A stretch of DNA of 64,000 nucleotides from Lama guanicoe (Eukaryota): assembly GCA_013239625.1 (NCBI GenBank), contig MU054166.1:446598-510597 (forward strand), written 5' to 3'. The position numbers were made by a program, and so were the translations under genes. The notes under the pieces were generated by a model, which made no database searches, was not told the origin of the DNA, and saw only the letters and a list, made by a program, of their open reading frames with translations. Below, one piece after another: positions 38,601-52,104 of the stretch. The first letter of the stretch is position 1. Every line of letters begins with the position of its first letter.

Positions 38601-41081
38601 GAATCATGGACAAGTTAGATTCATCCCAGGAACACAAGGATAGTTTAACATATGCAAATCAATCAATCAATTGTGATACACCATATCAACAGAAGAGAAG
38701 ATAAAAAAGATATGATCATCTCAGTAGATGAATAAAAAGCAATTGTTTACATTTAACACCTATTTGCAATGAAAGTTCTTATCACAGTGGGCATAGAGGG
38801 ACCATATCTCAACATAATGAAACCTATTTATGACAAATATATAGCCAACATAATAATGGTGAAAACATGAAACAGTTCCCACAAAAACCTGCGACAAGAC
38901 AAGGATCCCATCCTCACAATTTCAATTCAATATAGTCTTGGAATCCCTAGCCACAATGATCAGGCAAGAAAAAGAAATAAAAGGATTCAGACTGGAAAAG
39001 AAGAGGTAAAAATGTCATGATATGCAGACATGACACTATGTATAGAAATTGTAAAAGCTTCACAAAGAATACATAGGCTAAAAAAGGAAATGGGCAAGGT
39101 AGCCAGAGTAATGTACAAAAACCAAATACATTTCTTTACAATACCATTGAATCAACAGGAAAACAAAGTATAGTAACAACCCCTTTTATAACTGCACCCA
39201 AATTTATAAAATGCTTAAGAATATCTCAGACCAAGGAGGTGAATGAATTGTACATGCAGAACAAGAAAACATTGATTGAGGTAATCAAGAAAGATTTGAA
39301 GAATTGAAAAGATACCCAAAGGTCTCATAATGGAAGAAATAGTATTGTTAAAATGGACATACTACCCAAGACAATCCACAGACTTAATATGAGTTCCTAT
39401 CAAATTATTCAAAACATTACTTTTTAGGACTGAACAAATGATCATAAGAATTATATAGATACAATAAAGATCGATAATTTCCAAAACAATATTGAAGACA
39501 AAGAAAGAGGCTGGAGGAATAACCTGCCTGCTCTCCATACACTATTGTAGAGCTACAATAATCAAAACGTCATGATATTGGTACAGAAACAGGCATATGG
39601 ATCAATGGAACAGAATAGAGAGCCTAGGAATAAATCTACAGGCCTATGTTCAATTAATATTTGACAGAGTAGCCAAGAATATGACAGAGAAAAGAACATC
39701 TCTTCACCAACTGGTGTTGGGAAAATTGGATTGCAGCATCAAAGCAATGGAGTTAGAATTCTCCTTCACTTCATACACAACAATAAACTCAAAATGACTT
39801 GAAGACTTAAATGTAAGGCAAGACACAGTAAATCTCCTAGAAGAAAATATACGCAAAACACTGTAAGATAAATCAGAGCAATGATCTCCTAGAACAGCCT
39901 ACCCAGGTAATTGATGTAAGATCAAAATTAAGAAATAGGACCTAATTAAGCTTATAAGCTTTCGCACAGCAAAGGGAACCATAAACAAAACATAATGACA
40001 ACTGACAGGATAAAGAAAATATTTAGAAGTGATGCAACTGACAAAGGCTAAATGTCCAAAATACAAAGAGTTCATGCAACCTAATACTAATACTTAAAAA
40101 ACACAAGAAACCCAATCTTAAAATGGGCAGAAGCCCTATACAAATAATTCTCCATTAGAAACATAAAAATGACACAGATATATGAAAAAAAATTGCTCAC
40201 TATCATTATCAGAGAAAGGCAATTCAAAACTCTAATGAAGTATCACCTCACAATAGACACAATGGCCATTATTCAAAAGTCCACAGACAATAAATGCTGG
40301 AGAAGCTGTGAAGAAAGGGAACCCTCCTACACTGTTGGTAGGAATGAAGTTTGGTGTAGTCACTGTGGAAAACAGGATGGGATCCTCAAAAGAATAAAAA
40401 TAGACTTAACATATGATCCAGAAATCTCACTTCTGGGTATATATCAAAGAGTACCCTAATTCAAATTGTCAACTGTACCCCAATGTTCTCAGCAGTGTTA
40501 TATACAGCAGCCACGACATGGAAGCACCCAAATTGTCCATCAACACATAACAGTATACAGAAATTATGCCATATTTGCACAATGGAATAATATTCTGCCA
40601 TAAAAAATGATAAAACAATGAATTTTGCAGCAAAATGGATGTCCCAATAATCTGTCATACTAATTTAAGTAAGCCAGAAAGAGAAAGAAAAATAATATAT
40701 GACATGATATATGTAGAAACTTAAAAAAAATTTGGAAGAGAACACTATGATTTCATCTATAAAACTGAAACATACATGCAGATCTACTATATAATCTTAT
40801 GGTTACTGCTGAAAGAGATTTTGAGAGGATATATTTGGGAGCTGTAGAGTTATAAATGTTATCCACTATATATAAAAACAGATATTTTCAAAATTTCTTT
40901 GTATGGCACAGGGCAGTATGTTAAATATTATGAAGTTAAATTTAATGGGCACACAAATATATGCATGAAGTGGGACACTATGCTATACACCAAAGATTGA
41001 CACATTGTAAATGGCAGTACTTCAATGATAAATAAATGAATACATAAGTAAATAAGTAAGTAAATAAATAAATAAATAAAT
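35640..41081 (+). mobile_element. 5'-truncated LINE-1, paralog of 822-5560, interrupted by a younger L1
   Basis: Same 5' truncation point and (TAAA)n tail. ORFs 39597..39797 (DQWNRIESLGIN) and 40169..40459 ([29 protein letters not shown]). Confidence 0.92.
36412..37109 (+). mobile_element. Young 5'-truncated LINE-1 insertion (698 bp) with poly(A) and a perfect 13-bp TSD
   Basis: TSD gaaagtcagaagg at 36399-36411 and 37110-37122. Open ORF2 C-terminus (WRFLKRLGIDLPYDPGIPLLGLYP...RSLICGI*), then AATAAA and an A-tail. The site is empty in copy A (~1572-1584). Confidence 0.97.
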
Positions 41082-41089
41082 AGTATTTA

Positions 41090-41960
41090 ATAATAAAAGA
41101 AATACAAATATAAAACTACTTAACTTTACACATCAAGAATCTAGGAAAAAACAGAAAGAAGAAGAAAATTGAATGAATGAGAGAAAGGTAAATAACAAGA
41201 GAAATAATTGAAAAGAAAAAAAATACCTAAGTCTATTTGTTTTAAACATAAAGTGGACAAACATTTAGGTTGGCAAAGAAAATAAAGACTCAGATAAAAT
41301 TAGAAATAAAAGAGAAGATATTACAACTGATGTTACAGAGATGCATAGCATCATAAGTAATTACCACTAGCCAACAATTTGAATGACCTTGAACAAAAGA
41401 CATATTCCTAGAAACATATGTCTTCCAATACTGAATCAAGAAGAAATTAGAAAGTTAAATAGAGCAAAAGGGTGTATGAGTAAATCAGTAATCAATACCT
41501 CCCAAACCACAAAGTATTTACAAGATGAATTTACTGGTGAATTCTGTAATACATTTGAAGAAAATTTCTCACCAATTCTTCCACAAACCATCCAAGAATT
41601 TGAAGGGGGTGAAAGTATCCGTACTTATTTTATGATGCCAGCTTTATTTGCTTAATAATGCTAGAAAGGACATTATAAGCAAAATATTGAATGTTATCCT
41701 TGATGTATGTATGTGCCAAAATTCTCTACAAAACACAAGCAAAATGAATTCAACAACACATTTAACGTATCATACACATACATGAGTAAATGAATTTATC
41801 CCTGTGTTTAAGGATACTTCAAAATATTCAAATCAATAAAGGTGACATGCCTCACTAATAGAATTAGAAATAAAACTCACATAATCATCTCAATAGGTGC
41901 GGAAAGAGCATTGTATATAATGCAACATCTTTTGAAGATACTCCCAACAAATTAAATTAA
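41090..41960 (+). mobile_element. Old LINE-1 ORF2 fragment, paralog of 5570-6470
   Basis: ORF 41383..41655 is colinear with ORF 5894..6166. Confidence 0.85.
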
Positions 41961-41963
41961 CCC

Positions 41964-42411
41964 TGTCAGTGGTATGATATCATATACACACAAAAACAGT
42001 GTGGAAAGAAGAGGAGTAGTTCTCTGCTTATTGATTCTTAGAAAAAGGGTTTATATAGGACATGCACAATGCCTCACATAACATCTAAGTTATAACAATG
42101 ATAATAATCTTAAGCTATTTATGTCCACATACTCCCGCAGTAAGCAGAGGATGTTAAATGATAAAGGATTGTTTTAAAGTTCATCACCGAACTTCATTTA
42201 GTGGGCCATCTCTTATCCAGCTGGCTGTGCCTGACTTAGGTTGTCCTCCTTGAGTATTTTACCCAGCATAGGCTATACAGCCATCCATACTGGATACATT
42301 GAGTAGGCCGTTTCTTATCCAGCCTGGATATATGACATTCCTCACAGCTTATCAGTTCAGTCCATGGGCTTATTCTCTACAGCCTTCAGACAGGGGCCTA
42401 CAAACCCAACA
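41964..42411 (-). mobile_element. Solo LTR, paralog of 6475-6926
   Basis: Same TG...CA termini, same accc/tccc flanks, and TATA box (gggtttatatagga). Confidence 0.7.
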
Positions 42412-42469
42412 TCCCTTGAAAGAAAACTAGATGAAGCAAATTTGATGTTTATATGCAATGGAATCAATA

Positions 42470-45400
42470 CTTTGCATTCCTATCAACAGTGTCCACGGTG
42501 TTCCCTTTTCTCCTCAATCTCACCAACATCTATTTCTTTTCTTTTTGATAAGAACCTTCTGACAAGTGTGACGTCTTGTCTAATTTTTGGTTTATGAATT
42601 TCCTAATAATTTATAACTCAACACATTTTCATGTGTCATATAGCCAACTGTATGTTTTCTACAGAGAAATGATTCAGATCAATCTATTCAGTTCCTATGG
42701 ACTTTTTTTAATTGGACTGTTTGGAATTTTTGTTGTTGTTGTGTATGACTTTGCCATATATTTTGGATATTAACACTTGATTGGAAAATATCACTTGCAA
42801 ATATATTCTCCCATTGTGTTGGTTGACTTTTCATTTTATTGATCATTTCTTATGCAGTGTAAATCTGTTTAGACTGATACAGTCATATTTTGTTATTTCT
42901 GCTTCTGCTTCCCTTGACAGAAGAGACATATGAAGAATCAAATTAAGTCCAGTGTACTTCTTATGTTTTACCCTAGGATTCTTTGTTTTCAGGTTTTATA
43001 TTTTATATGCCCAGGAGTGGGTTTGCTGTGTCATATGATATGTCTTTTTTTTATTATTTAAAGGAAATTCCATACTGTTTCCAAAGTGGATGCACCAATT
43101 TTCATTCCCACCAACAGCGTTGTACTGTCCCTTTTTCTCTACAACCTCCAAAGTCTTTATTATTTGTAGAAATTTGATGAAAACCCTTCTAAATAGTGTG
43201 AGGTAAAACATTATTTATTTTTATCTTGCCTTTATAAAATGATTAGCTATGTGAGCATGTATTTATGTTCCTGTTTGTCATCTGTGTGTCATTTTTAGAG
43301 GCTTGTCTTGTACTCATTTTCTGGCTGAGTTGTTTGTAGATTTTTGAAATGGAATTTTATGAATGATGTGTGTATTTTAGAAATTAGCCTTATGTTGATT
43401 GCATAGTTTCCTAAAGTTTTCTCCCATTTGGAAGTTCATCTTTTCATTCTGATAGTTTTGCTGCGTAGAAGCTTTTAAGTTTAATTAGGACCCATTTGAT
43501 TATTTTGCTTTTATTGTTTTCAGCTTGGGAGAGTGACATAGAAAACTTTTACTACAATTTACCTATAGTTTTGCCTATGTTAGTTTCCAGGAGTTTTATT
43601 GTGTCATGTATTAGATTCAAATATTTAAATCATTTTGAGTTTATATATGTACAATGTGCGGGAATGTTCTAATTTCATTGATATACATGTAGATTTCTAT
43701 CTTTCTCAACATCACTTGCTGAAGACTGTCTTTAGGCATTGTATATTTTTGTTTCCTTTGCCATAGTTTAGTTGACCATACGTGTGATGTTTTATTTCTG
43801 CCTCTGTGTTCTGTTCCAGGGATACAGTTGTTTGTTTGTTTTCCAGTATTCTGCTGTTTTGATTACTGTAATTTTGTAATATAGTCTGAGATCTGGGAGG
43901 GTTATGGGTTATGTCTCCAACTTTGTTCTTTTCACTGATTGTTTCTTTTGCAGTTCTGGTTCTTTTGCAGTTCCATACAAATCATAAGACTGTTTTTATT
44001 TCTGTGGAAAAGATCATGTATTTCGATCTGAATCACTTTATATCTGTAGACATCTTTTGTAGTATGTATATTTTAACAATATTAATTCCTCTAATATAAG
44101 ACCTTGAGATTTCTTTCCATTTCTATTCATCTTCTTCAAATTTATTTATCAGTGTCCTTTTGATTTTATTATCTTGTTTTTTTCATAGGTTTTTCATTTT
44201 TTGATCTGATTTCATATGGATTTTTAAAAATTATGGAATACTTCATTGTTAGTGTTTAGAAATGTGACAGCTTTTGTATATTAGTCATTAATCATGCAAC
44301 TTTGTTAAATGTCTTTATTAGATTTAGTTGTTCTGGTGTGGAGAATCTTTAGGGTTCTCTATATAGATTATTATGTCATCTAAAATAATAACAGATTTAC
44401 TTCATTTAATCCAACATGAATAAATTTTTTTCTATTCCAATTGCTGTGGCTAGGACATCCCATACTGTGTTTAATAGAATTGGTGAGTGTGGATATCCTT
44501 GTCGTATTCCTTAATTTGGCTTTCAGTTATTCACTTTTGTATATTATATTGTCTGTGGGTTTGTGAGTAATGACTTTAGATATGTTGAGATATATTTCCT
44601 TAATCCTACTTTGGTAAGAGGTTTCTATTGTTGTTGTTGCTGTTGTTATTATTGTTGTTGTTGTTGTTGTTGCTGTTCTAATGAATAAATGTTGAATTTT
44701 GTGAAATGCTTTGATGGATTTATTGGGATAACCATGTCATTTTCTCTTTTACTTTTGTTAATGTGGTGCTTCAAACTTATTGATTTGTGTATGTTGAACC
44801 TCTCTTGTGACCCTGCAATGAATCCAAGTTGATCATGGTGTATGATTCATTTTTGGTATTGCTGGATTTAGTTTGCTAATAATATTTTGTAGAATATTTG
44901 CATCTAAATCAATCAAATATATTGGCTTGAAGTTGTCTTTGCCTATACTTTGTTTTTGGCTTTGCTATCAGGGTGATGAAATCTTCATAGAATTAATTTG
45001 GAAGTTTCCCACACCTTCACAATTTTTGAATAGTTTGAAGAGTAAAAGTTATGCTTTGTATTTTTGTACAGTTCTCCACGAGAGCTGTTTATATCTACAA
45101 TTCTATTCAAGAATTTTTTTAAATGCAGATTCTATCTTTCTTCTAGTAAACAGTTTGTTCAATTTGTTTCTCCTTATCTCTGTCTCTTTCTAGACATTTG
45201 TCTATTTCTTCTAATTTGTCCATTTTATTGGCATATATGTGTTGACAAAATGAACACTTTTTTGTATATCTTAAGTAACAATTGTTATTTCTCTTCTATT
45301 ATTTCTGACTTTATTTCTTTGGAGCATGTCCCTTTCCTTCATGATGGACCTGATTAGAGGTTTTCTGATTTTGCTTATCTTAAAAAGAAAACATAAAACA

Positions 45401-45480
45401 AAATCTTTTGTTTTACTACACTTTTGAATAGTTATTTTTCCTCTATAATTTATATTTGCACCTGTAACATTTAGGATCAT
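42470..45480 (-). mobile_element. Antisense LINE-1 ORF2 fragments, paralog of 6985-10010
   Basis: Colinear with copy A, including the internal junction (~43005) and the (GTT)n tract. Confidence 0.85.
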
Positions 45481-45482
45481 GA

Positions 45483-48400
45483 TTTTTTCTTTTTTTTTAC
45501 ATTTCTTATTGGTTTACAGTCATTTTACAAAGTTGTCTCCTATTCGAGCGTAGAGCACAATTTTTCAGTTACAACGAACATATATACATTTTTTGTCCCA
45601 TTTTTTCTTTTGTGAACTGCCTTAAGATACTTTATACATTTCCCTGTCCTACACAGTACAATTCAGTTTATCTATTCTACAATTTTGAACTCCCAGTCTA
45701 CCTCTCCCAGCCCTCCACCCCCTTGGCAAACAAAATATTGTATTCTATGTCTGTGAGTCTATTTCTGTTTTGGATTAGGGCTTTTTTGTTTAGTTTAGTT
45801 TAGTTTTTACATTCCACTGATGAGCCATCTCACATGAAATTTTTTTCTCTTTCTGGCTTATTTCACTTGGACTGATTTTCTCCAGGACCATCCATGTTGC
45901 TGAAAATGCCGTTATGTTGTCATTTTATATGGCTGACTAGTATTCCATTGTATAAATATTCCACCTCTACTTTTTCCAGTCAACTGTCGATGGACATGTA
46001 GTCTCTTTCCATGTCTTGGCTATTGTAAATAGTGCTGGCTATGAAAATTGGGGTTCAACTGTCATCCTGAAATAGGGTTCCTTCTGCATTTGTGCCCAGG
46101 AGTGGGATTCCTGGGTCATATGATAAGTCTATTCCTAGGCTTTTGAATAATCTCCATTCTGTTTTCCACAGTGGCTGCACCTAACCGCATTGCCACCAGC
46201 AGTGAAGGACGGTACCCTTTTCTCCACAGCCACTTCAGCATTTTTCATTTGTGGATTTTTGGATCATGGCCATTCTGACTAGTGTGAGGTGATACCTCAC
46301 TGTAGTATTGATTGGCATTTCTCTGATAATCAGCGATACTGAACATTTTGTGATGTGTCTTTTGATTATTTGCATGTCTTCCTTGGAGAATCGCTTGTTT
46401 AGGTTTTCTGCCCATTTTTGGATTGCATTGTTTATTTTTTCTATTCAGTTAGATGAGCTGCATATGTACTCTGAAGATCAAGCCTTTGTCGGTTTCATAT
46501 GCAAATTATTTTCCCATTCCGTAGGTTGTCTTTTTGTTTCACTTCTGGTTTCTGTACTGTGCAGAAGATTGTAAGTTTCATTTTGTCTCATTTGTTTATT
46601 CTTGCTTTTATTTCTTCTACAAGAAGATTTTCGAGATGTAAGTCAGATAACGTTTTGCATATATTTTCCTCAAGGAGGTTTATTGTATCTTGGATTATGT
46701 TTAAGTCTTTGATCCATTCTGAATTTATTTTTCTGTATGGTGTTCTAGCTTCATTGGGAGTGCTCTAGCTTCATTGATTTACATGCTGCTGTCCAGTTTA
46801 CCCAACACCATTTGCTGAAGGGTCTATCTCAATTCCTTTGTATTTTCTTGCCTCCGTAGTCGAAGATTAATTGACCAAAAGATTGTGGGTTCATTTATGG
46901 GCTCTCTATTCTGTTCCATTGTCCTATATGTATGTTTTCCTACAGATACAGTGCTGTCATTTTGACTGTAGCTCTATACTATTATCTGAATCATTAGCGT
47001 AAATATATGCCACTGATTTTTGAAACTTAATCATGTAACCTGCTACCTTGCTGAATTCTTCAATCAGCTTTAGTAGTTTTTTCTGGATCTTGCAGGGTTT
47101 TCTATATATAGTAACATATTATCTGCATATCATAAGACTTTTATCTCTTCCTTTCCAATTTGCTTCCCTTTTGATTCTCTCTCTTCTTTGATTGCTGTGG
47201 CTAGGACTTCCATATTTATATTGAGTTGGAGTGGTGATAGTGTGCATCCTTTTATTGTCCCAGATTTTATTTGGAATATTTTGACTTTCTCACCATTGAG
47301 TACTATGTTGGCTGTAGGTTTGTTTTCTATAGCTTTCATGATGCTTAAATATGTTCCCTCTATGCCCACTTTGGTGAGATTTTTTTATCATACGTGGGTG
47401 TTTAATTTTATCAAATGTTTTTCCTGCATCTATTGAGATGATCATGTGGTTTTGGTCCTTTTTCTTGTTGATGTGCTGCATTACACTGATTGATTTGCAT
47501 ATGTTGAACCACCTCTGTGTCCCTGGCAAGATCCCCAATTGGTCATGATGTATAATCTTTTAACTGTGTTGTTGGATTCTAATTTCTACTATGTTGGTGA
47601 GGATTTTTGCGTCTGTATTCATAAGATATATTGGCCTATAATCCTCTTTTTTGTAAGTGTCTTTGCCTGGTTGTGGTATCATGGTGATTGTGGATTCATA
47701 GAATGACTTTGGGAGTATTCCTTCATTTTCAATTTTCTGGAAGAGTTTGAGAAGGACTGGTATGAGTCTTCTTTGTATGTTTTGTAGAATTCATCAGTGA
47801 AAATGTCCAGTCCTGGAGTACTATTTTTAGGGAGGTTTTATATTGTTATTTTAATTTCATTTCTAGTGCTCTGCTTGTTCAAGGGGTCAGTTTCTTCTTG
47901 ATTCAGTCTTGGTGGCAGTATGTTTCTAGAAACTTGTCCATCTCCTCTAGGTTATACAGTTTGTTTCAATATACTTTTAATAATGTTTTCAAATGATATT
48001 CTGTATTTCTTTTTTTATTTGTTGTTATCTCTCCATTCTCCTTCCTTATTTTGCTAATTTGTGCTCTCACTCTTTTCTTTTATTTGAGTTTGGACAGTGG
48101 TTTGTTGATTTTACTTACTTTTTCAAAATGCTAGCTTTTGGATTTGTTGCATTTTTCCCTATGGTGTTTTTAATCTCCATTTTATTTATTTCCTCCCCAA
48201 TATTGATGATTTCTTAATTCTGCTGCCTTTTATGTTTTTTGTACTTCTTTTTCAAGTGCATTCTGCTACTGGGTTAAATTGTTTATTTGTGATTGTTCTT
48301 TTTTGAGGAAGGCCTGTATCACTATAAACTCCCCTCTCAGCACTGCTTTTGCTGTGTCCCATAAATTTTGTATGGTTTTGTATTCATTTTCTTTAGTCTG

Positions 48401-51400
48401 AAGGTACTTTTTCATTTCAGCATTGATTTCTTCATTGAACCATTGGTTTTTATATAAAATATTGTTTAATCACCATGTTTTCCTTTTGCTATCGTTTGTT
48501 TCTCTGTTGTTGATTTCTAACTTCATGGCATTGTGTTCAGTAAAGATGCTTTAGGTAATTTCTATCTTCTTAAAATCACTGAGGTTTCTTTTGCGCCCAT
48601 GTACATCATGAATCCTGGAAAATATTCCACATGCACTTCAAAAGAATGTATATCCTATTATGGGGGGTGCAATGCTCTGAAAATATGCACCATTTGTATT
48701 ATTTCTATTGTATTATTTAATTTCTCTAGTGCCTAATTTATTTTCTGTCTCAATGATCTGTCCAGTGATGTTAATGCAGTGTTGAAATCTCCAAATATAA
48801 ATCCCCCTTAATATAAGTTAGTAATTACTTTATGTATTTGGTGTTCCTGTATTTGGTGCATATGTATTAACGAGTGTACTATCCTCATATTGTATCACTC
48901 CATCAATCATTACATAATGTCCTTCTTATCTTAATTTATGGCCTTTGTATTAAAGAGTATTTTGTCTGAAATCAGTAATGCAACACCTGTTTTTTGTCTT
49001 TTCCAATTGTATGGAATACCCTTTTCCAATCTTTCAGTCACAATCTATATATGTCCTTCTCTCTGAATTGGGTCTCTTGTATGCAGCATATTGAAGGTTC
49101 TTGCTTTATTATCCAGCATGCCACTCTATGAATTTCAACTGGAGCATTTAATCCATTAACATTTACATTAATTGATGATAGGTTTGAGTTTATTGCCATT
49201 TTACCATATTTTCCATTTGATTTATTATTTCATTTTCCATTTATTTATTATTTCCTCTTTCTTCCTTTCATCTTCCTTTTATGGTTTTGTAATTTTCCTT
49301 TGTATTATCATGAATTTTATTTAGTTTTATTGACTCCCTGATAAGTTTATTTCTTCTTGTTACCCTTTTTTATAAGTCTTTTTGACAATTACTATAACTG
49401 CTTTTATTAAAATGATATGAACATGATCTCAAACCCATCCTACTGAGAACTAAAAATTTTAAAATGAAAGAACAAAAAAAAATTCTCTATTTTCCTGCCT
49501 CCCTTTCCCACTCTCAATGATTTCTAAGACTTGTTTTAAAATTTTCTGTTTATTTTATTTATAATTCATGAGTTATCACGTTTCCAGCTGTGAGTTTCAC
49601 ATTTCTGTAGTATCCTGCTTCTTTTCTTTTTAGAGAAGACCCTTCAATATTTCTTTTATCAGGGGTCTAGTGTTGCTAAACTCTTGTAGCTTTTTCTTGT
49701 CTGTGAAATTCTTTATGTCTCCTTCTACCATAAAGGATAGCCTTGCTGATCAAAGTATCCAACGGTATATCATTTTTTCCTTTCAGGACTTTGATTATGT
49801 CTTGCCACTCCCTTCTGACCTGTAGTACATGTGTAGTGAAATCAGCTGGGAGCTTTCTGTGCATTCCCTTGTAACTCACTCTTTGTTCTGCTCTTATTGC
49901 CTTTAGGATCATTTTTTTATCCCTGATTCTGGCCATCTTTATTATATGTCTTTTTGTGTGTGTATTTGGGTTCTTCTTGTTAAGACACTCTGAGCTTCCT
50001 GTACTTGGATATCTGATTTCTTCTTTAAGTTTGGGAAGTTCTCAGTCATGATTTCTTCAAACAGCTTTTCAATCCCCTTTGATCTTTCCTCCCCTTCAAG
50101 GACTTCTATCACGCCAATATTGGCATGCTCTCTATTATCCCATAGGTCCCTTATGCTTTTTTCATTTGTTCCTCATTGTTTCTCTTGTAGCTCTTCTGAT
50201 TGGGTGCTTTGTATTGTACTGTCTTCTAAGTCACTAATTCGTTCCTCTGTTTTATCTAGTCAGCTTTGCGACACCTTTTGATCATTCCTCATCTCAGTTA
50301 ATGAGTTTACCTATTCTACTCGGCTCTTCTGTAAAGCTTCCATTTCATTTATGACATACTTTATATCTGTAAACACTATCTTTTTTATTTCCTTCAGTAG
50401 TTTGATCACTCCTTTTTTGAAATCTTAATGTAGTAGGATATCATTGTCTATTTCACTGATCATTCTTTCAGGGGATTTCTCTTGTGCTTTTAATTGGGAA
50501 TGGTTTCTCTGCTCCTTCATCTTGCTCCTACCTCTCTGGCACTGTGGTTTTTCATGTATCAGTTATCTTCTGTGATCCTAAAGGAGTTTATCTACCTAAT
50601 GCCTATGTAGCAGTACAACTTAGAAAAGAGAAAAGAGAGAAAGAGATAAAGAATTTTAAAGAAGAGTGAAATAAAGGTTTGAAGATATTCTATAATGAAT
50701 AATAGAAAAGCAATTTGAAGCAGAGTTTTGAAAAATAATAATAATAAAAATATTTTTAAAAATTTCAATGGTATTAAACTGGGGGTATATATAATTGCAG
50801 AAGAAGTAGAAATTAGGAGGGTAATAGAAAATGGAACCAGAAAAACTGATTAAAACAAGAGTGTGTTCAGTGTCCTCCTGGAGAATTTGTACACTTAATG
50901 TGAAATCTTTAGCTTGCTGTTTCCAGAGGCTGTCAATTGGAGGCCTCATCTGTGCTGATCCCAGGGCATGTCAGTAAGCAGATCGCTCCTACACCTGACA
51001 CTGGGTCTGATGAAGCTCTCTTTACTCTGGGCTGGCTTGTCACTGTCCTGCCCAATGCTGCAGTCAAATGTTGCAGACTGACCAGGCAGGATTGGGCATC
51101 ACACCCTCTCTCTACACAATGGTCAGTGGCTGCATTCCAGCCAAAAATGTGGGGGTCACCCACCCCCTCATTGTGCTGATCACTCTGCTGCTCTGTGCCA
51201 CTGTAAGCTCTGCCTCGGTTATGCACACCAGAAGTGGGCTCAGGGAAGTCTGAGGAACTGTCCTGTCCCAGATCTGAGCCAAAATCCAGCTCCTTGTTTG
51301 TCTTAGCGGACAAGTTCCCTAAGGAACCATTACAGTAGGACCCTATGTGCCTCATGGTTTAGACAAGACTCTGTCTGGCCCTTGAGGCTGCTAAGTCCTT

Positions 51401-52101
51401 AGATGTAGATGCAGTTTTTGCCTATACTGCCACATGGGTGCAAAACACCAGAGGGTATGGTGGCTGTGTCTGAACCCCAGCTCTCTTCACCTAGAAAATT
51501 TGTGGATTTTCAGAGATGGGGAATGCACCCTTCCATCCACATGGCTCATCTGCCCTGTTGTTTTATGGAGGGCCCAGGTGTTCTGCCCTGTGCTCCCACA
51601 GCCATGGCACAAAGCCCACTCCATTCCCCCGGGCTGCCACATTGCAGCCATCTCCATCTACCACCCAGTTTGGGCAGCATGGCCATGCCTCCAGCTTCCA
51701 GGCTGCATCATTTGCTAGGTCTCACAGGGATCCTCTGTGCCTGTTTAACTTAGTTCTGTCAGTCTACTTATACTTTGTACAGGTCCAAGCCTTGGATGCT
51801 CCCCTTCCATCCTGCCGAAATCTCAGTTGGAGAGGGGAGACACAGTAAATGAGCACCTGTCCATCTTTGCTGCTCCCTCCCCATGGTACCTGTCCCACTC
51901 TGTTTTGCCTTTTCTTCTTTCTTTCATCCTTTTCTCCTACCAGATTTTTTGCATATTTATCTATTGAAATGGACAATGTCCTGTTAAAGTTATGCAGGTT
52001 CTCTGGTTAGCTGAGTGGGTCTGTGGATGTGAGTCTTGGTGAATTTGTGGGAAAGGGTGAGCTATGAGCATCCTTCTGCTCCAGCATCTTTGCCTCCCAC
52101 C
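45483..52101 (-). mobile_element. Near full-length LINE-1, paralog of 10010-16637
   Basis: ORF1 piece MARIRDKKMILKAIR...RREWQDIIKVLK; ORF2 ATG retained (49199-49197); RT motifs [12 protein letters not shown] and GTIKGCTLSPL; same internal deletion at 46990/46991. Confidence 0.95.
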
Positions 52102-52104
52102 GAA